Notes under the pieces: generated by a model
Databases searched by the model: none
Told to the model about the DNA's origin: nothing
The model's input: only the letters and a program-made list of their open reading frames with translations
Made by a program: the position numbers and the translations under genes
Shown: positions 57,483 to 64,000 of the stretch, in pieces
Layout: each line of letters opens with the position of its first letter
How positions within the stretch are numbered: the first letter of the stretch is position 1
NCBI GenBank assembly: GCA_965199825.1
Contig: OZ241329.1
Location: 1,600,001 to 1,664,000 of the forward strand
Direction of reading: 5' to 3'
DNA length: 64,000 nucleotides
Source: Bdellovibrionales bacterium
Lineage (GTDB): Bacteria > Bdellovibrionota > Bdellovibrionia > Bdellovibrionales > UBA1609

Positions 57483-58071
57483 AATTATTTTGTCGATTGG
57501 TTCTTTTATAAGTGTGGCCGATCCTGTTACGAAAAGGTGCACCGCTTTTTTAGCTCTGGGAGATCCGATCACCATTGCAATGATCAAGGCCAATAAAATT
57601 GCACCGCATATTGAAAGTTTTAATCAACTTGAAGTATTGGCCCATTTTCTTAAAGATCCCGTGACTCAAGCCGAGTTGATAGAGCCGGCCAACAAATTTC
57701 AGATCACTACCTTATCCCAAGCATTGAATGTCCATCCGCTCGTTGCTCAAAATCGAATTCGCCATACCAAAGCCAATTTGCTTAAAAACGCCACAATTGT
57801 AGTTAATGTATTTAGCTCTACTCCGATCACACAACTTGATGATTTCTATATTCATGGCGAACTGTATGAAGTGTCCCAATCTTTAAAAGTGGGCCTTCGG
57901 ATTGAGCAACTTTTATCAACCATCAACACCGATTCTTGGATCAATTCTAAAAGTCGTATTGATCAACGACTCAAACTCAAAACCGAATTGATGGCCCAAA
58001 ATAAATTCGACTCCTCTTTTGCAAAACTCTTTAATGATGTGGTCGTTGCGGTTTTAAACAATTCCAATTAA
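57439..58071 (+). CDS. hypothetical secreted protein
   Basis: signal-like IKIILSIGSFISVA then CTAFL; start uncertain. Confidence 0.55.
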   Translation: MSNFQIFRILNFLIKIILSIGSFISVADPVTKRCTAFLALGDPITIAMIKANKIAPHIESFNQLEVLAHFLKDPVTQAELIEPANKFQITTLSQALNVHPLVAQNRIRHTKANLLKNATIVVNVFSSTPITQLDDFYIHGELYEVSQSLKVGLRIEQLLSTINTDSWINSKSRIDQRLKLKTELMAQNKFDSSFAKLFNDVVVAVLNNSN

Positions 58072-58083
58072 GGTTCGTGCATT

Positions 58084-58866
58084 ATGAAATACATTCTTAT
58101 TTTTATGACTTTCTTTATCGCCTCTTGTGCAACCACCACCGAGCAAGGTGCTGTGGGTGTGGAGCGGCGTCAGTTGATGATTGTCTCAAGTGATCAAGTC
58201 AATCAAATGGCGGATCAGGCCTACGCAAAGGTGAAATCCGAAGCCCTCGATAAAAAAGAATTAGATGTAAATACAAAACTTTTAGAGCGAGTGAAGCTGA
58301 TCTCGCAAAAAATAATTCCACAAACCGCAACGTTTCGAAAAGATGCACCCAACTGGAAATGGGAAGTTCATGTGGTCTCAAGCGACATTCTTAATGCCTA
58401 CTGTATGCCGGGTGGAAAAATTATTTTTTATTCTGGCATTATCGAAAAACTCGGTCTTGATGATGCCCAGATTGCGGCGATTATGGGTCATGAAATTGCA
58501 CATGCCTTGCGTGAGCATGGCCGCGAGCGTGTGTCTGAACAAATGCTTCAGCAAGGAACACTTCAACTGTTGATGGCTACAGGAAAATTAGACTCAAAAT
58601 ATGCCCAGCTGATCGGGATGGGAGCCACGATGATTTTGACTTTGCCCCATAGCCGCGGGCAGGAGAGCGAAGCCGACAAGATTGGTTTAGAACTTATGGC
58701 GAGGGCCGGTTATGATCCTCGTGAAGCTGTGACACTTTGGCAAAAGATGTCTAAGGCAGGAGGCAATAAACCACCTGAGTTTATGAGCACACATCCCGCA
58801 GATGAGCGACGCATCCACCAGATCCAAGCTCTGTTGCCAAAGGTTGAGCCACTTTTTAAAAATTAA
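58084..58866 (+). CDS. M48 family metallopeptidase lipoprotein
   Basis: lipobox IASC, NAYCMPGG, HEIAH, ESEAD and STHP. Confidence 0.93.
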   Translation: MKYILIFMTFFIASCATTTEQGAVGVERRQLMIVSSDQVNQMADQAYAKVKSEALDKKELDVNTKLLERVKLISQKIIPQTATFRKDAPNWKWEVHVVSSDILNAYCMPGGKIIFYSGIIEKLGLDDAQIAAIMGHEIAHALREHGRERVSEQMLQQGTLQLLMATGKLDSKYAQLIGMGATMILTLPHSRGQESEADKIGLELMARAGYDPREAVTLWQKMSKAGGNKPPEFMSTHPADERRIHQIQALLPKVEPLFKN

Positions 58867-59150
58867 GATTCGATATTTTTATTGATGTCTTCTTTAAGTT
58901 CTTTGCCGACTTTAAAAAAGGGAAGTTTTTTTTCTTCGACTTCAATCACTTCGCCGGTGCGCGGATTGCGACCCTTATAAGCTCCGTATTCACGATTCAC
59001 AAAAGATCCAAAGCCCCTAATTTCGATCCGGTCGTTTCGCATCAAGGCCTCTACCATTGAGTCAAAGATCGTATTCACGACTGTTTCCGCTTTGACACGA
59101 GTGATGCCCGCTTTATCCGAAATAAAATTGATAAGATCTGCTTTGGTCAT
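58863..59150 (-). CDS. HU/IHF-beta family DNA-binding protein
   Basis: MTKADLI, IEIRGFGSF, GRNPRTGE and PFFKVGKELK. Confidence 0.95.
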   Translation of the reverse strand: MTKADLINFISDKAGITRVKAETVVNTIFDSMVEALMRNDRIEIRGFGSFVNREYGAYKGRNPRTGEVIEVEEKKLPFFKVGKELKEDINKNIES

Positions 59151-59184
59151 AATTAAGCGTAGGCAAAAATTTTTTTTATCACAA

Positions 59185-60441
59185 TCAAAATCTCATGGTC
59201 GAAAGGGTTTGGTAATAAGCCTCAAGCGTCTGATCAACCATGCGTTTTGTGTCAAAAAGTTTAAGCACTTTGTCGCGCGCCTGGCTGCCCAAAACTTCGG
59301 TAAGAATGCGCCCATTAAATACCGCCAAGAGCAGCCCCGCCAAGGATTCGGTATCGGCAGGACGAATCAAAAATCCATCCTTGCCGTCATCGATAATGGT
59401 GGCAATGGGTGAGACTTCACTTCCGATCACCACTTTTTGTTGCGCCATGGCTTCGAGCATCGAAGGCTCAAAGCCAGTGGTCCTAGAACTTAAATTTACA
59501 AACACATCCCCAAGAGCAATATGATCTGCCACTTGGACTGCAGAGAGGGCGCCGGTAAAAATCACTTTGCTGCCCAAAGCTAAACTGAGCATCTCAAATT
59601 CGATTTCCTTAAATTTTGGACCATGACCAATAATGACCAGTCGAGCGGATGGTTTTTTGATCACCGTTTTTTCAAAAGCGCGCAAAAGATTTCTCATCCC
59701 ACTGACTTCGCTCATATCTGAAATTGTCACAACAATTTGGGCGTCGTCTGGGAAGCCAAGTTTTTTTCTTAAGTCGGCCGATTTTTCTCTGGGTGAGAGA
59801 TCACCGATCTCAATCCCGTAGGGGATAGTATGGATTTTTTTTTCGGGATAAAGATAGTATCGTTCAAGACCAATTTTTTGTTGGGGGCTTGTAACAAAAA
59901 CGGTGTCGGCGGTTTTTAAGAGTCTTCGATCTTTACCCAAATAGGTGAGCAAATAGCGCCAGGTCAGTTCAATCCCCGTGCGCAATAAACTTCCGAGAGT
60001 TTCCTGGGAGCGGCCCAAGATTGAGGTCAACTCAGACATACGGGTGGCCTCGACGTCATAAGCCATTGCCACTTTATAGTTATTTTTTTGTTTACCCACT
60101 TCGTAGCCGCTGCGATCTAAACTGTGCACAATATGAAATTTGTTTTGTTTGTGCAGAGAAATAAATTTGTGATTTGCCAATTTTGGAAACTGACCTCTTG
60201 GCTCTTTTGATTTTTCACCCAAGAAATAGGCATGAACTTCATCCTTTATCACCTCTTCGCGATGATCAGGATTTTGCCAAGATAGGATTGTGACATGATG
60301 ACCTTTTGCCACAAGTCCTCGGGCGATCGGCCACAAAAATCCATAATCGGCGGCGCGTCCTAAGATTGGAAATTCGCGAGCGATAAAACAAATATTTAGT
60401 ATTTGGGGCAATTGTTTTTTGGCCATAAATAACTCTGCCAC
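59185..60441 (-). CDS. glycosyltransferase family 4
   Basis: GHHVTIL, IPYGIE, LEAMA and DGKDGFL. Confidence 0.88.
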   Translation of the reverse strand: MAELFMAKKQLPQILNICFIAREFPILGRAADYGFLWPIARGLVAKGHHVTILSWQNPDHREEVIKDEVHAYFLGEKSKEPRGQFPKLANHKFISLHKQNKFHIVHSLDRSGYEVGKQKNNYKVAMAYDVEATRMSELTSILGRSQETLGSLLRTGIELTWRYLLTYLGKDRRLLKTADTVFVTSPQQKIGLERYYLYPEKKIHTIPYGIEIGDLSPREKSADLRKKLGFPDDAQIVVTISDMSEVSGMRNLLRAFEKTVIKKPSARLVIIGHGPKFKEIEFEMLSLALGSKVIFTGALSAVQVADHIALGDVFVNLSSRTTGFEPSMLEAMAQQKVVIGSEVSPIATIIDDGKDGFLIRPADTESLAGLLLAVFNGRILTEVLGSQARDKVLKLFDTKRMVDQTLEAYYQTLSTMRF

Positions 60442-60444
60442 ATC

Positions 60445-61350
60445 TTAAGCATAGATGCGAAGCAGTTCGTTTGAACAATCGGGTGGCGGTGTCCATTGAG
60501 GAGACTCGGATAAAATCCTCTTCAATGTCTGAAAGCTCACTTCTCCAATATAGTCTTTTGAAAATTGAATTGGGCACATGCTGCTTTGCATAGGACTTAA
60601 CAATGTTGGAGTTTCTGACGCCAGTGATAAACCCAAACTTTCGGTCCACAAAGGACTCATCGGTTTGATTGGACTGATCACAAGGAGTTTAGCCTCAGCA
60701 ATTTTTTGGCGACGAATTTCAACCTCGGGACTTGAGATCACTTCGGCTCTGATCAATTTTAAAACTTTGGATCTTTTGAAGCCAACCAGTTCTTGTTTTT
60801 CATCAAGTAAACAAATTTTATGGTCAGGAAATTCAAGCTGAAGCTGTTTTAAATTTTGCAGTAGGCTTGTAAAACTGCGCCACACTGAGGGCGAGCCCGA
60901 GATCACGATTGTTTTGGAGGGTCGGCTTGCGGTCTTTTCAATAGAGTTGGGAAGGAGAATCTGATTCTGGCTTGGCTTAAGCCAAGAATTTGACGACACG
61001 ATGAGAGTATCGGCTTTTTTGATCACTAAATTTTCGATAAAGTTGGGCTTGTTGTTTAAATGAAATATTATTTTCGATTTGGGGCACGTTTTAATAAATA
61101 TTTGTGCCAGTGCAGAGGCGCCAAAAAATCCCAACACATCTGGTTTTAATTCAAAGAGCATTTGTGCAAAGCCCAAAGGATTAAAACTTAAAAAAGGTTC
61201 TAATAAATTGGGCAGATCCAGGGGCGATTTTTTTTTGGCAAGCGAGATTAGGCTGACTCGATGATTGGCTTCCCTCAGTAAACGAGAAAGATTGATCATT
61301 TGAAGAGCTTGAATTTGGTCAAATGGATCAGCGACAAGTACGGTGTGCAT
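60445..61350 (-). CDS. divergent glycosyltransferase-like protein
   Basis: weak GT-B features (HRVSLIS, KPDVL, KADTLIV); adjacent to the GT4 gene. Confidence 0.45.
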   Translation of the reverse strand: MHTVLVADPFDQIQALQMINLSRLLREANHRVSLISLAKKKSPLDLPNLLEPFLSFNPLGFAQMLFELKPDVLGFFGASALAQIFIKTCPKSKIIFHLNNKPNFIENLVIKKADTLIVSSNSWLKPSQNQILLPNSIEKTASRPSKTIVISGSPSVWRSFTSLLQNLKQLQLEFPDHKICLLDEKQELVGFKRSKVLKLIRAEVISSPEVEIRRQKIAEAKLLVISPIKPMSPLWTESLGLSLASETPTLLSPMQSSMCPIQFSKDYIGEVSFQTLKRILSESPQWTPPPDCSNELLRIYA

Positions 61351-61355
61351 CTTTT

Positions 61356-61763
61356 TTAAGTTTTTAAAAGTTCGATCAGTTGATGAAGCACTCGGCGATT
61401 GGCCTCGGGCAAATCTTCGTTTTTGAGTTCATCAGGCTCGACCCACTTTAATTCGGTATGGTGGACTGCCTTGGGTTGGCCGCGCCAATAAAACACATCA
61501 TAAAATAATAACAGAATCGAAGTGTCGCCGTAGCTATGAGTGGTCGCAAGTCGTAAATGCCCAATGTCAGATTCAATGCCGAGCTCTTCTTGCAGTTCGC
61601 GCGCTAGCGCTTTTTCGGGACTCTCATTGGTTTCAATTTTTCCGCCAGGAAATTCCCAAACTCCTGCTAAAGATCCTTCGGGTCGTCGACCCAAAAGTAT
61701 TTTTCCTTGGCGACGAACAAGCCCGGTGACCACTGGGATCCAGCGCACGGGCTTGTTTTTCAT
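61356..61763 (-). CDS. NUDIX hydrolase, MutT/NudG-like
   Basis: WEFPGGKIE.NES...ALARELQEELG Nudix box. Confidence 0.92.
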   Translation of the reverse strand: MKNKPVRWIPVVTGLVRRQGKILLGRRPEGSLAGVWEFPGGKIETNESPEKALARELQEELGIESDIGHLRLATTHSYGDTSILLLFYDVFYWRGQPKAVHHTELKWVEPDELKNEDLPEANRRVLHQLIELLKT

Positions 61764-62767
61764 CGAAGCCCGTCCTGCGCCAGATCGGCCACTTGCCTAA
61801 AAAACGAGGGGCCCTCAAACACAAGTGCCGAGTAAGTTTGGACAAGATTCGCCCCAAGTTTAAGTCGCTCAAAAACATCTTGCGGAGTCATCACTCCGCC
61901 ACACGAAACAATCAGCAAATCTTTACGCTGAGGTCCTAGTGCTTGAATTGTTTGCTTCAAAAAATCTTTTGATCGCTCAGCCAAAGGCAAACCCGAAACA
62001 CCGCCATCTTCGGGAAATTGCAAGCCTGACCGAATCTCACTGGATGAATTGGTCACCACAAAACCATCTATTCCTGCTTCAACCGCAACACTCAAAACCT
62101 CTTGAAGTTGTGATGCTGAAATATCGGGGCTTATTTTTAATAATAAGGGAGGCGTTTGGTCAGAAGATCTTTTACCTTGGGGCTCTTTGTTGCCCGCGAT
62201 GAGAGGCTCTAAAAAATTCTTTAATCGATCAGGTGATAAAAGCTCACGTAAGCCCGCTGAGTTAGGTGAGCTGATGTTAATCACAAATCCGTCAACCAAA
62301 CCCGAAAGCAAATGAAGACAGGTGAGATAATCATCCACCGCACCTTCAAGAGCAGTCGACGAGTTTTTGCCGATATTTGCAAACACCGGTGTAAATCGAG
62401 GTTGATACAATTTTTTGAGTCGTTTGATAACGGCTTCCACACCATCCGATGGAAAGCCCATCTTATTCCACAGCGCTTGCTGTTTAACGTCTCGCTTGAG
62501 AGTGATTCCGCGGTGACCCTTTTGGGGTCGCGGCGTGATGGTTCCGATTTCTAAAAAGCCGGGACCAAAGGTCCACCAATCCTCAATGCTCACTCCATCC
62601 TTATCCACTCCGCCCGCTATTCCTAAGGGATTTGTAAATTCCAAACCGCGCCAGCTAAATGAGCTCCACGACAATGTTTGAAATTCTTGGAAGCGACTTA
62701 AAAAACGAAGTGCCAGTGGCATTAGATCGTGAGCAGCTCTTGGGGGAAGCCATAACCAAGGTTTCAT
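61760..62767 (-). CDS. pyrD: dihydroorotate dehydrogenase (quinone)
   Basis: NPLGIAGGVDK, NKMGF, NISSPNS, LKISPD and GGVSG. Confidence 0.93.
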   Translation of the reverse strand: MKPWLWLPPRAAHDLMPLALRFLSRFQEFQTLSWSSFSWRGLEFTNPLGIAGGVDKDGVSIEDWWTFGPGFLEIGTITPRPQKGHRGITLKRDVKQQALWNKMGFPSDGVEAVIKRLKKLYQPRFTPVFANIGKNSSTALEGAVDDYLTCLHLLSGLVDGFVINISSPNSAGLRELLSPDRLKNFLEPLIAGNKEPQGKRSSDQTPPLLLKISPDISASQLQEVLSVAVEAGIDGFVVTNSSSEIRSGLQFPEDGGVSGLPLAERSKDFLKQTIQALGPQRKDLLIVSCGGVMTPQDVFERLKLGANLVQTYSALVFEGPSFFRQVADLAQDGLR

Positions 62768-64000
62768 CACCAAGCCTGGCCTCTCAGTTTGAGCGCGGTT
62801 TCGAGCCGCTGGAGCGAGACCGCCATCGCTGATGTTCTCATATCTAAATTGTTTGGTTTGGAAAATGCGATAACACGATCAAAAGCTCGAAACATAATTT
62901 CGCGCAGTTTATTTCGCACCTCTTCTTCGGTCCAAAATAACCAACCCAAATCCTGCACCCACTCAAAATAACTCACCACCACGCCGCCACCGTTGGATAA
63001 AATATCTGGCAACACCATCACACCATTTTTGTTGAGATAGTCACTGGCTTCGGCAGTCATTGGTCCGTTTGCGCCTTCAACAATAACTTTGGCTTTAATT
63101 CCGCGCATATTTTTTTCGTGAATCACACCGTCTAAAGCACAAGGAGCTAAAACATCGCATTCAACATGAAGCAAATCGTCATTGGTAATGGCTTGGGCAT
63201 CTGGGAAACCCTTAACCGTTTTTGTATCCTTCACGTAGCGAACAAGATCGGCAATGTTAATGCCTTTGGGATTATGAAGAGCACCTTGAACATCGCTCAC
63301 TGCAACAACTTTTGCACCAAGGGCATAGGCTTCGATGGCGGCATGCATGCCCACTTTTCCAAACCCTTGAACCGCAAGTGTACTTTCGGCAAATTTTTTA
63401 TTTAAAACCACCAACGCTTTTTCCATAATAAACACAACACCCAAACCGGTTGCGGCTTCGCGCCCAAGAGATCCACCAATTTCAACCGGCTTTCCGGTCA
63501 CAACACCGGTTTGTGAGTATCCCGTTTCCATTGAGTACTGATCCATCATCCACGCCATGGTTTGGCCATCTGTTCCCACATCGGGTGCGGGAATGTCTTT
63601 GTCAGTGCCGATAAATAAACCAAGTTCAGATGTGAATCGACGAGTGAGATTTTCGAGTTCGCGCTTTGACAGCTGATTGGGATCAACTTCAACTCCGCCC
63701 TTTGCCCCTCCGAGCGGAAGTCCCATCAGCGAATTTTTGTAAGTCATCAGCGAAGCAAGTGCTGCGACCTCTGAAAGATCAACCGCGGGATGATAGCGCA
63801 ATCCACCTTTGTACGGTCCGAGCACCTGATTGTGTTGCACTCGATATCCCATGAAGGTTTGGATTCGATCGTCATCCATTCGAACCGGAATCGAAACAAC
63901 TAAGGCTCTTCGCGGATGTCGCAATCGTTCCAGCGCATTGGGGTTGATCTTGATTATCTTCCCCGCGGACTCCACGGTAAGCATCACGTTTTTATATAGG
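62767..64000 (-). CDS. gdhA: Glu/Leu/Phe/Val dehydrogenase (glutamate dehydrogenase), 5' end probably outside the window
   Basis: GPYKGGLRY, GGAKGG, PAPDVGT, GFGKVG and SYFEW; frame stays open to the window edge. Confidence 0.9.
   Translation of the reverse strand, partial: LYKNVMLTVESAGKIIKINPNALERLRHPRRALVVSIPVRMDDDRIQTFMGYRVQHNQVLGPYKGGLRYHPAVDLSEVAALASLMTYKNSLMGLPLGGAKGGVEVDPNQLSKRELENLTRRFTSELGLFIGTDKDIPAPDVGTDGQTMAWMMDQYSMETGYSQTGVVTGKPVEIGGSLGREAATGLGVVFIMEKALVVLNKKFAESTLAVQGFGKVGMHAAIEAYALGAKVVAVSDVQGALHNPKGINIADLVRYVKDTKTVKGFPDAQAITNDDLLHVECDVLAPCALDGVIHEKNMRGIKAKVIVEGANGPMTAEASDYLNKNGVMVLPDILSNGGGVVVSYFEWVQDLGWLFWTEEEVRNKLREIMFRAFDRVIAFSKPNNLDMRTSAMAVSLQRLETALKLRGQAW

Noticed and set aside
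319..63854. Numerous 60-165 aa alternative-frame ORFs in the track
   Set aside because: They are nested in or antisense to well-supported genes and show no recognisable motifs.

Overview
Bacterial chromosomal window whose gene content suggests a predatory Bdellovibrionota-like organism (inferred from gene content only, not from a search). It holds a sigma54-driven fliL-fliA flagellar operon, rpoH, aspS, a split Flp/Tad pilus locus, folD, gcvT/H/P, two convergent tRNA-Leu genes bracketing about 15 kb of accessory secreted-protein genes, tRNA/LPS modification enzymes, epmA, HU/IHF, pyrD and a truncated gdhA. Best candidate novelties: (1) two signal-peptide proteins built from RNA polymerase alpha-CTD-like repeats; these and several other secreted proteins (including a signal-peptide GNAT) share a terminal C-x3-L motif, which suggests an undescribed effector-sorting system; (2) two 216-bp structured repeats behind tRNA-Leu(CAG) that end in a copy of the tRNA 3' end and carry an anti-tRNA segment; (3) a 25-copy 18/19-bp tandem array; (4) an array of four paralogous small four-Cys secreted proteins; (5) many promoters with leaderless geometry. 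No CRISPR, rRNA, integrase or transposase was recognised. All family calls are motif recognition by eye, and several start codons were adjusted from the ORF track.
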